From NCBI GenBank assembly GCA_041690595.1, contig JAWLHB010000022.1:62001-126000 (forward strand): DNA of 64,000 nucleotides, in the 5' to 3' direction. Source of the DNA: Lentisphaeria bacterium (GTDB lineage: Bacteria > Verrucomicrobiota > Lentisphaeria > JABSQK01 > JAWLHB01). The position numbers were made by a program, and so were the translations under genes. The stretch's first letter is position 1; each line of letters begins with the position of its first letter. Positions 19,840-27,830 of this stretch are shown here, one piece after another. Below the pieces are notes generated by a model, which was not told the DNA's origin, searched no databases, and saw only the letters and a list, made by a program, of their open reading frames with translations.

Positions 19840-20711
19840 TGATGGATCAGCTCACCCAAGCCTTCCTGGCCTTTGCAAAGGAGAAACGCGCGGATCTGGT
19901 GGGCATTGCCCCCATCGAGCGCTTCGCCGACGTACCTGCCGAGCATCATCCCCGCAGCATCTTCCCCGAATGCCGCAGCGTCATTGTGCTGGGCAAGCGC
20001 ATCACCCGCGGCACCCTGCGCGGGATCGAGGAAGGAACCCAGTTCGAGCTCTATGGACAGTACGGGCTCTCCTGGCTCGCCGATCGCATGCTGGCAATCA
20101 CCACGATCGCCCTGGCAACGTGGCTCGAGGACAACCGCTGGGAAGCATGCCCCGTCCAGGATCTCCCGCCTCAGGTGCCCCCCTCGGGCGTCGCCGTCAG
20201 ACCCGAGGCGCCCGCCCCCAACGTCATGATCGACATGCGCCAGGCGGCCGTGCGCGCAGGACTGGGCGAAATCGGCTTTGCCGGCGAAGTCCTCACCAGT
20301 GAGTACGGGCCACGGCAGCGCTTTCAGCTGATCCTCACCGATGCCCCCTTGACACCGACGCCGCTGCCAACCGCCCTCGTCTGTGACCAGTGCATGGCCT
20401 GCGTCACCAGCTGTCCGCTGGATGCCATCAGTCTGGAGCGGAAGAAAACGGTGACCATCGACAGCCTCACCTTTACGGTGGGTGAGATCGACTACAGCAA
20501 GTGCCGAAGCTGCCAGAACGGGGCTCGGCCGAATCCGCATCATCCGTCGGGCGACCCGGATCGGTTGGGAGCACTCTGCATGCGCAGCTGCGTGGATCAC
20601 TTGGATCGGGTTGGCGCCATCAGCAACAGCCTCGAGAATCCCTTCCGCAACCGGCCGGCCTGGCAGGTCAATGCGCAAGGACAGAGCAGCCTGCAGGAGA
20701 CGCAAGCATGA
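19839..20711 (+). CDS. QueG/reductive-dehalogenase-like (putative cobalamin) Fe-S protein, copy 1
   Basis: ADLVGIAP, SVIVLG, AAVRAGLGEIG...EYGPRQRF...TDAPL, CDQCMACVTSCP, CRSC and GALCMRSC. Confidence 0.8.
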   Translation: MMDQLTQAFLAFAKEKRADLVGIAPIERFADVPAEHHPRSIFPECRSVIVLGKRITRGTLRGIEEGTQFELYGQYGLSWLADRMLAITTIALATWLEDNRWEACPVQDLPPQVPPSGVAVRPEAPAPNVMIDMRQAAVRAGLGEIGFAGEVLTSEYGPRQRFQLILTDAPLTPTPLPTALVCDQCMACVTSCPLDAISLERKKTVTIDSLTFTVGEIDYSKCRSCQNGARPNPHHPSGDPDRLGALCMRSCVDHLDRVGAISNSLENPFRNRPAWQVNAQGQSSLQETQA

Positions 20712-21784
20712 AGGCACGCAGCATAAGCAAAGAGGAGATTCGCGCCTTCGCGCAGGCGCAGGGGCTGGACCTCGTCGGTTTTGCCAACATCGAGCGCTTT
20801 GCGGGAGCGCCCAAGCGCATGCATCCGGCCAGTATCTTTCCGGAATGCAAGACGGTGATCACGGTGGCCAAGCGCATCCTGCGCGGCAACTGGCGCGGCA
20901 TCGAAGAAGGAACCTACTGGCCCACCTATACCTACTTTGGCTACCACGGCCTGCTCAACAGCTTCTTCATACCGACAGCGGTGTACGAAACCTCCTGCTT
21001 CCTCGAAGATGCAGGTTGGGAAGCCGTACCCTATTATCCCGGTGTGCCGGAGACGCAGCCACCCGATGAGCCCTTGCGACCGGGAGCCGTGGCACCCAAC
21101 GTGCACCTTGCCATTCGTATCGCGGGCATCGCCTGCGGCCTGGGAGAATGCGGCTGGGCCAAAGTCTTCCTGACCAAGGAATTCGGCCCCCGTGTGCGCC
21201 TGGCGGCCATCTTTACGGATCTGGAACTCGAGCCCGATCCGCTGGTAGAACCCGGCTCCCTCTGCGATCGCTGCGGCCAGTGCGTCAAGGGGTGTCAGGC
21301 CGGGGCCATCCCCACCTTCAAGGAAGGAAAGACGGTCAAGATCCAGATCGACGACAAGACCTACGAATGGGGCGACGTCCACATGGGGCGCTGCACTCTG
21401 GGCTATCATGGCGGTGATCCTCAGGTTTCCCCCTTCCTGCACAAGAGCCTGCCCGGCTGGGAATTCGATGTCACCACCCAGAATGTCACCGAGGATGCCG
21501 CCTACAAGCTCTGCTGGCCGCGATCCCTCGGCAATTGGCGGCGCACCGAGGAAGATCCTTCAGGCCATCTGGTCGATGGCCATTGGCAGATCGCCAACTG
21601 GGGAGGCGGCGCCGGCGCCGGCAGCTATGGCATCGAAGGCTCACGCGGCTGCATGCGCAGCTGCTTCAACCATCTCGAGAAGAAGAAGGCTTGCGCCACC
21701 TTCGAGAATGGCGAGTTCATCAAGCGCGAGCGCTGGCTCCTCCCGAAGCGCTGCTCCGGTGGCCTCCAACCCAACGATAACTGA
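20708..21784 (+). CDS. QueG/reductive-dehalogenase-like (putative cobalamin) Fe-S protein, copy 2
   Basis: ATG 20708 in ATGA overlap with RBS; DLVGFAN, ACGLGECG...EFGPRVRLAAIFTDLEL, CDRCGQCVKGC, RGCMRSC. Confidence 0.8.
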   Translation: MKARSISKEEIRAFAQAQGLDLVGFANIERFAGAPKRMHPASIFPECKTVITVAKRILRGNWRGIEEGTYWPTYTYFGYHGLLNSFFIPTAVYETSCFLEDAGWEAVPYYPGVPETQPPDEPLRPGAVAPNVHLAIRIAGIACGLGECGWAKVFLTKEFGPRVRLAAIFTDLELEPDPLVEPGSLCDRCGQCVKGCQAGAIPTFKEGKTVKIQIDDKTYEWGDVHMGRCTLGYHGGDPQVSPFLHKSLPGWEFDVTTQNVTEDAAYKLCWPRSLGNWRRTEEDPSGHLVDGHWQIANWGGGAGAGSYGIEGSRGCMRSCFNHLEKKKACATFENGEFIKRERWLLPKRCSGGLQPNDN

Positions 21785-21804
21785 GCCCCCACGACTACGC
21801 CCTC

Positions 21805-21842
21805 GGATCCAGCTTCCCGAATACCCTCCGGAAGCTGGATCC
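21805..21842 (+). terminator. Strong hairpin after the Fe-S pair (terminator-like, no U-tract)
   Basis: 13-bp perfect stem GGATCCAGCTTCC / GGAAGCTGGATCC with a 12-nt loop. Confidence 0.5.
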
Positions 21843-21997
21843 CCTTCGCCCCCCAGACGCCAACCGCAAAGCTGAGGGACAGGGTGCTTCAGCCAGCCGC
21901 GACTCTGGAGAAGCTTTGCCCACGAAACGGCCTGATTCAGGGGGAGCGGAGACGCGGAGACGCAATCATCAGGCAGCCCATAGGGCTTGCCACACAT

Positions 21998-22038
21998 TCG
22001 ATTTGCTCGATCAAGTCGATTCATTCGATCACCTCGAC
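21998..22038. repeat. Degenerate 9-bp periodic repeat (TCGA every 9 bp, x5)
   Basis: TCGA starts at 21998, 22007, 22016, 22025 and 22034. Confidence 0.7.
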
Positions 22039-22182
22039 AGCCTCCCTGGCAATCGCAGATGGATCGAGGCTTTGGGTGGGGGAGCGTTGCGGCTGGTAAG
22101 GGGGGGAGTATAGTATGGATGGTGCGCGACCGGGAGCACGTCGCGGAGAGAGTATGAATGCGCCTGATCTCGAGGAGAAGGT

Positions 22183-25100
22183 ATGATGCATAAGCTGATC
22201 GCGGTGCTGCTGGTGGCGGGTAGCGTGCTGCTGGGCTTTCCGGCGATCGCTGAATCGCAGGTGAAAGGTACCATCGACGATGTCGTGACGGATAAGGTGG
22301 TGGCTGTTCGCGTTCCAGATGTGGAACTGGCGCCCGGACAGAAGCTGGCGGTTCTGCGCGGCGGGGAGGTCGTGGGCAAGCTTGAAGTGCGTACCGCGAG
22401 CGGGATCTGCCGGGTGCTGGAGGGGAGCGTACAGATGGGGGATGAGGTCCTGCTGCTGCCTGAAGAGACGGAGGGTGGGGCGGAGGCTGGCGCAGAGGAT
22501 CGTCAGATTGCTGAAACCGCGGCGGTGACCGGGGCGCTGCGCGAGGTGTTGCTGGCACGGGGGGAGCTGGAGTTGGCGATTCAGGTGGCCGATCAGGCCG
22601 GCGCCACATTGCCTGACGCTGCAAAGGCGCTGGTCGAGGAGGCGCGGGAGATGGCGCCGAGATTGTTCGCGGCTGCCTGGCTTGTGCAACTGGAGACGCT
22701 GGCGGAGAGGGTCGCGGCGTCGTTGCGGCAGCATGACGAGCCGTCACTGGCGGAGCAGCTTCAGGAGAAGGTCGCCGCTGAACCGGTACTGGCGCCAATC
22801 TGGCCCGAGGGGGTTCCGGAGAGTCTGCTGCCGGCGCAGTATGGATCCGTGGAGCTGGTGGATGCGAATCCGCATCTGTGGGGAGCACCGGCGGGATGGA
22901 ACGAGAAGGCCCGCATGCCCGCCTTCGCCGGATGGTCGCTGGGGGAGGAGATGGCCAGCTTTGGGCTGATGGCGGAACCGCTGGTGCGAACAGATTTTGT
23001 GCTCGATGATGTGGCAGTGGAGGGGGAGTTGCGTATCGAGGATGGAGAGTTTGCCTTCATCCTGTTGCGTTCCGGTGTGGTGGTCAAGTTTTACGCGGCT
23101 GATGCGGACGAGCATGCCGGCAAGGTCGCGGCGAAGTTTGGCTACGACAACCTGCGGGTGGTGGACGCGATCAGCAACTCCACCTGGATCGAGGCTGGCC
23201 GCTGGCAGCGCATTGCGGTGAAGCTCGAAGGGGAGGATCTGGAGGTGCGGGTGGATGGCGAGCTGGCTATCGCCTCGAATATCACCAGCGGGATCATGGG
23301 AGAGACGCGACGGGTCGCCCCCAGCGGTCATGTCGGCATTGGCGGTTACCGTGCCGAAGGGGCATTCCGGAATCTGCGGGTAAAGGCGCTTTCCGCGGTT
23401 GGCAAGGATGCGCTGCCGCGCTTTCGCGGCTCGCGGGAGTACGCGGCGGAAGGATCGCCGGTGCGGATGCTGGAGTTGCCGCCGGAGGAGTTTATCTCGC
23501 TGTCGCACCACGTCGAAGAGCCGTACAAGGGTTCGGTGCATGCGGTGAAGGATGGGGTGTTGACGGTGCGTGGCGCGCCGTATTCCCAGTTTTCGGTGCG
23601 GGGCATCGCCGGTGATCATTTTCGGGCAAGTGGCACGATGAAGGCGACTCGACGGGGGCGTGTTTGGTTTCGCGTCAACCGATACCTTCTCTTTGGGCTC
23701 GATGTGGAGGATGCGCAGCGTGATGACGGGGAGAAGGCGGCCTTTCCCTTTGTCGTCTCGCATACGACAAGCAGTTACCGGGATGTCGATGAGACCTTTC
23801 CGGGACAAGCGCTCAAGGTGGGCGTGGACTATGACTGGGAGATCGAGTACCATGAGCCGGTGGGTGTCTTCCGCTTGAATGGCGAGCCGGTGATGATGTC
23901 GCTGACGCCGCGGGAGAAGTCGCGAGACGATCGGGGGCCCAACCAGATCGGCTTCAGCGTCTATGTGACCCAGGTGGAGATCGGCGACGTGGTGGTGCAG
24001 CAGTTGAGCGCCGAGCCGGTGCAGCTGGCGCTTTCCGCCGATGCGTTGGTGGCGCTGCTGAAGGAGGGGACGGCACGCGCGCGGGGGCTTGCGGAGGAAC
24101 TGACCGATAGTGACCGGGAGGCGGATCGCCTGGCGGCCCTTGTGCTGCGGGGAGAACGGCCGGCGCGCCTGGCCACGCAGGAGGATTATGTCGCCCTTGC
24201 CGAGCAGTACCGGGACCGGCATGACTGGAGGCTCTACCTGGCGCTCTTGAAGGCCAATGCCCAGCGCTTTGACGAAGGAACGGCGCCGCGGCTCTCCGCG
24301 CAACAAATCCATGAACTGGCGAACCAGAAGTACCAGGTCGCCATCGAGACGGCGGATATCGGCGACATCGGGCTCGACGGCATCCTCCGCGTGGGTGACG
24401 CTGCCGGACCGATGGCGGTGGCTGCCGATCGCCAGCATCTGTGGATTGCCATTCCAGAGGCAAAGGTGATCGCACTTTATGCATCCCGCGACCGCCGGAT
24501 CGTGCGCACGATTCCGGTGGCAGTCAGGACGATGAAGCTGGTAGCGCGGGCGGAGTATCTGCTTGCCGTGGATGAGGAGGGGAAGCGGCTGCTGAAGATC
24601 TCGACGGAGGATGGATCGGTAGTCGGTGACGTTGTCCTGCCGAAGGGCACGATACTGGAGCTGGCGGCCGATACACGCAGCCCGCGCTCCTGGTTCACGG
24701 TGAATGAGAACGCCAAGGACGAGGTGAAGCTGGATGCCTGCAAGGTGTTTGCGCTCGATGAGGAGGCGATGGAGGCGCAGCCGACTCGGGCGATCGGCAT
24801 GTTTCTGGCGGTGGATCCGCTGGGCAGGTACCTGTACACGGGCTTCAGCCTGCCAATGACAATGTCGATGCGGTTGGATCCGGGGAGCCTCATGATCATG
24901 CCGGCAAACGGCTATATCGATCACCTGCTTTGCTACCGGATCGACGACGCGAAGCTGGATCTGCTTGACAGTCGCGCGGCTCCAGGTATTGCCGGTGCGG
25001 GGATTGTCTGCGATCCGCGCGGCCGTCTGGTTGCGTGGCTGGCGCGTGGCGGGTATATGGATATGATGGATCCCACGGCCAGTGCGCCGCATGTGCCGGT

Positions 25101-26814
25101 CTATTGGGCCAACAACATCCGCAGTCTGCGTGATCTCTATCCGACCGGCCAGAACACCTCGCTGCTGGTCTACAATCCGGTGCGTCCTGAGATCTATACC
25201 TATAACGGCAATCTGGTTCGCCGCTTCCATGCCTACACCTTTACGGCTCAAGGCTCCATCGTGCTGCCGGAAGAAATCGGTCGGAGCAGCGTCCGGCAGT
25301 TGCTGGTTTCACCGGACGGAGATGAGCTTCTGATTGCGTATAATGGCAAGCCCGGTGGCGTCTACCTGCACCGGCTGCCCTCCTCGGGCAGGGATGAAGC
25401 CGATCCTCTGGATGATATTCCCACCGAATTGGCGGTACTTCCTCCCGAGCAGATGGGGCAACGTGCTGAAAGCATTCGCCAGGAGGGTGATCCGGAGTTG
25501 GCCGATCGTCTGCTGCGGTATGCCGCCGAGCAATACGCGTTCACCAAGGTCGGCAATCACCTGGCCGCGCTTCTCTCGCGCAAGCATGAACAGCCTTTGC
25601 TGCCGGTGTCGGACGACCTGCACCTGTTGCCTCCCACAACGCTCGAAGATCGCACCGACATACCAAACCTGGAAGAACTCGAATTACCGCCCGTGGCTGA
25701 CAGGGTGACGGCAGTGACCCCGGAGCAGGACGAGGCGGAGACGGAATGGCAGGAGACTCTCGAGATGCTGCGTTCGTTCGGCAGCCTGGCGGAACGCTAT
25801 CCAGACTCATGGTTGCATCTGTGCGAGCAGGTTGCTTCCGAGCATCGTGACGATCCCCGGCTTCTGCTGCTGGGTGCCACAGTTCTCCTGCGCGCCGAGC
25901 GTCATGAAGCGGCTTCCCAGTTGGCGGCACGGGTGATCGAGGCCAAGGATCCGGAGATTCAGGCCAAAGGCTTTGCGCTTCTGGCGGCTATCTATGAAAA
26001 GGTGGACGAGCCTGGGCCGCGCCTGACCGCTTTGCTTGGCGCCCTGCGCGCCCAGCCGCGCAATGCCTTCCTGCACAAGCAGCTTGGTGACGCCGCGGAA
26101 GTCGCTGGTCTTCCCAACCTGGCGCGCCATCAGTGGCTCCTCTCCTACTATCTCTATCCCAGCCAGCACGAGTTGAGAGAGAAGCTTGAAACGTTGAAGC
26201 TGCTGCAGCCGCGAGGCGACGAATCGCCCCTGGTCATGACAGAACTTTTCCGGCGGACATCGCCATCGGTGGTGCTCATCAAACAGGATATGGGAGTCGG
26301 CACGGGCTTTTTCATCAGCCGCGGAGGACTCCTGCTGAGCAACAATCACGTTGTTGGCGATCGTGAGGAAGTGGAGGTTGTGTACAGCGACTCGGAAGGG
26401 GGGGACCAGCATACGGTGAAAGCCCGTGTCGTGGGCAGCGATCCTCAGCGCGACATGGCCCTCCTGCGGCTCGATCCGGGCGATCGCAAGATACAGCCGT
26501 TGATCGTGGGCGGTGGCCCGGATCCCAGTACGGGAGATCGGGTGATCGCCATCGGCAATCCCGGCATGGGGACCCAGGTCTTGACGCAGACGCTGACGGA
26601 GGGTATCATCAGCAACCTGCACCGCGATATCGGCGGGCAGCGCTATCTGCAGACATCCGCGGCGGTGAATCCGGGCAACAGCGGTGGACCGCTGCTGGCC
26701 CAGGATGGTACGGTGATCGGCATGATCACCCTGAAGGCCCAGTTGGACAATGTCGGGTTTGCCATACCCACCTCGGTACTCCTCGAATTCGTACGCGAAC
26801 ACGTCACGCCCTGA
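22183..26814 (+). CDS. Large secreted multidomain protein with C-terminal trypsin-like (S1C) serine protease
   Basis: Signal peptide; GTGFFI, SNNHVV (His), RDMALL (Asp), NPGNSGGPL (Ser); DUF1080/ConA-like, beta-propeller-like and TPR-like regions; no PDZ. Confidence 0.85.
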   Translation: MMHKLIAVLLVAGSVLLGFPAIAESQVKGTIDDVVTDKVVAVRVPDVELAPGQKLAVLRGGEVVGKLEVRTASGICRVLEGSVQMGDEVLLLPEETEGGAEAGAEDRQIAETAAVTGALREVLLARGELELAIQVADQAGATLPDAAKALVEEAREMAPRLFAAAWLVQLETLAERVAASLRQHDEPSLAEQLQEKVAAEPVLAPIWPEGVPESLLPAQYGSVELVDANPHLWGAPAGWNEKARMPAFAGWSLGEEMASFGLMAEPLVRTDFVLDDVAVEGELRIEDGEFAFILLRSGVVVKFYAADADEHAGKVAAKFGYDNLRVVDAISNSTWIEAGRWQRIAVKLEGEDLEVRVDGELAIASNITSGIMGETRRVAPSGHVGIGGYRAEGAFRNLRVKALSAVGKDALPRFRGSREYAAEGSPVRMLELPPEEFISLSHHVEEPYKGSVHAVKDGVLTVRGAPYSQFSVRGIAGDHFRASGTMKATRRGRVWFRVNRYLLFGLDVEDAQRDDGEKAAFPFVVSHTTSSYRDVDETFPGQALKVGVDYDWEIEYHEPVGVFRLNGEPVMMSLTPREKSRDDRGPNQIGFSVYVTQVEIGDVVVQQLSAEPVQLALSADALVALLKEGTARARGLAEELTDSDREADRLAALVLRGERPARLATQEDYVALAEQYRDRHDWRLYLALLKANAQRFDEGTAPRLSAQQIHELANQKYQVAIETADIGDIGLDGILRVGDAAGPMAVAADRQHLWIAIPEAKVIALYASRDRRIVRTIPVAVRTMKLVARAEYLLAVDEEGKRLLKISTEDGSVVGDVVLPKGTILELAADTRSPRSWFTVNENAKDEVKLDACKVFALDEEAMEAQPTRAIGMFLAVDPLGRYLYTGFSLPMTMSMRLDPGSLMIMPANGYIDHLLCYRIDDAKLDLLDSRAAPGIAGAGIVCDPRGRLVAWLARGGYMDMMDPTASAPHVPVYWANNIRSLRDLYPTGQNTSLLVYNPVRPEIYTYNGNLVRRFHAYTFTAQGSIVLPEEIGRSSVRQLLVSPDGDELLIAYNGKPGGVYLHRLPSSGRDEADPLDDIPTELAVLPPEQMGQRAESIRQEGDPELADRLLRYAAEQYAFTKVGNHLAALLSRKHEQPLLPVSDDLHLLPPTTLEDRTDIPNLEELELPPVADRVTAVTPEQDEAETEWQETLEMLRSFGSLAERYPDSWLHLCEQVASEHRDDPRLLLLGATVLLRAERHEAASQLAARVIEAKDPEIQAKGFALLAAIYEKVDEPGPRLTALLGALRAQPRNAFLHKQLGDAAEVAGLPNLARHQWLLSYYLYPSQHELREKLETLKLLQPRGDESPLVMTELFRRTSPSVVLIKQDMGVGTGFFISRGGLLLSNNHVVGDREEVEVVYSDSEGGDQHTVKARVVGSDPQRDMALLRLDPGDRKIQPLIVGGGPDPSTGDRVIAIGNPGMGTQVLTQTLTEGIISNLHRDIGGQRYLQTSAAVNPGNSGGPLLAQDGTVIGMITLKAQLDNVGFAIPTSVLLEFVREHVTP

Positions 26815-26861
26815 CGCTCATCCTTCACTGAAGCAACAACAACCACAACAGGACCGTTTCC

Positions 26862-27092
26862 ATGGCCATGACCAAGAAGCAGAAAATTCGACTTTGGAGC
26901 GGGGTGGCGGCAGCCGTTCTCATCGTCATCCTGATCATTCAGAACCGCGATCCAGTCACCACGATGGTCTTTTTCTGGGAGTTCACCATTTCCCGTTCGC
27001 TGCTGCTGATCGTGACCCTTGCCGTTGGCGCGGGACTCGGCTACTATGTGGGCAAGTACGGTCTGCCGGGCGCCGCCGCGGCGAAACGCTGA
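26862..27092 (+). CDS. LapA/DUF1049-family small membrane protein
   Basis: Two TM helices with ILIIQNRDPV...FFW motif. Confidence 0.75.
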   Translation: MAMTKKQKIRLWSGVAAAVLIVILIIQNRDPVTTMVFFWEFTISRSLLLIVTLAVGAGLGYYVGKYGLPGAAAAKR

Positions 27093-27095
27093 GCT

Positions 27096-27569
27096 TCACG
27101 AGCCTTTCAGCGAGCTGGGTGCATCGATATTGGCTCCGGGATGAACGCCGATCCCCAGGCGATTGACGAGTTCGCCGCCCAGCCAACCGCTGACCATCGA
27201 CAAGGCGCCTCCCGCGAACGACAGGATGAGAGCCGGCATATCCGGTGCCACGGGGGGTGGCTCCCGCAGCCACCAACTGAGGGCGAAGAGTATCAACACG
27301 ATGACGTTGCCGACGGCGTGATAGATGCCGACGCGCCTGGCCCGGCTTCCGGCGTCGATCTTTGTCCAGTCGATCAAGCCGAAAACCGCCGCCAACAGCC
27401 CGGTAATGATGCCGGCGGGGATCAACCAGTAGGCGACCGCAACCCATTGCGCATTCTGGAAAAGCAGGTGAAGAAGATCGAAGATAATGACGCCGCTCAA
27501 GAGTCCGAGGGGCAGGACGATGAGCATCTGGTGGACGGGGTGGCCAAGGAATTGTGCTCTGGCTTTCAT
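27096..27569 (-). CDS. DUF2231-family membrane protein
   Basis: GHPVHQMLIVLPLG, GLIDW, HAVGN, GWLGGELV motifs. Confidence 0.85.
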   Translation of the reverse strand: MKARAQFLGHPVHQMLIVLPLGLLSGVIIFDLLHLLFQNAQWVAVAYWLIPAGIITGLLAAVFGLIDWTKIDAGSRARRVGIYHAVGNVIVLILFALSWWLREPPPVAPDMPALILSFAGGALSMVSGWLGGELVNRLGIGVHPGANIDAPSSLKGS

Positions 27570-27722
27570 CTTATGGCTCGTGGTAAGGTGTGATGATGAT
27601 GGTGGAAAGAAGGAAGAGAGCCCTTTCTTTTTACGGATAGGCGAAGCCGGCTTTCCAATGCAAATCGACAGGCTGTGCGCACTTCAACCAGCCGCGCCGC
27701 CATTTGATTTTGCCGCAAGCGT

Positions 27723-27750
27723 TTGAGAAATGGCGCAAATCAGCTATAGT
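27723..27750 (+). promoter_or_regulatory. Putative sigma-70 promoter of ppdK
   Basis: TTGAGA-N16-TATAGT. Confidence 0.45.
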
Positions 27751-27830
27751 GCGATTTCCGTTTTCGCGGGAAATCCATAGTACAGGCCCCGAAAGCCGCA
27801 TCTATCACTTCAACTGGGGATCACATCACC

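Noticed and set aside
19839..21784. Calling these genes queG or respiratory rdhA
   Set aside because: No TAT leader or rdhB, altered second Fe-S motif and tandem IclR-linked context; only a family-level call is supported
21785..22182. Cobalamin riboswitch, tRNA or CRISPR array in this gap
   Set aside because: No B12 box, cloverleaf or repeat-spacer structure visible; the repeats are only 8-9 bp
21641..22888. 415-aa Pro-rich minus-strand ORF
   Set aside because: Low-complexity product of the G-rich opposite strand; overlaps two better-supported genes
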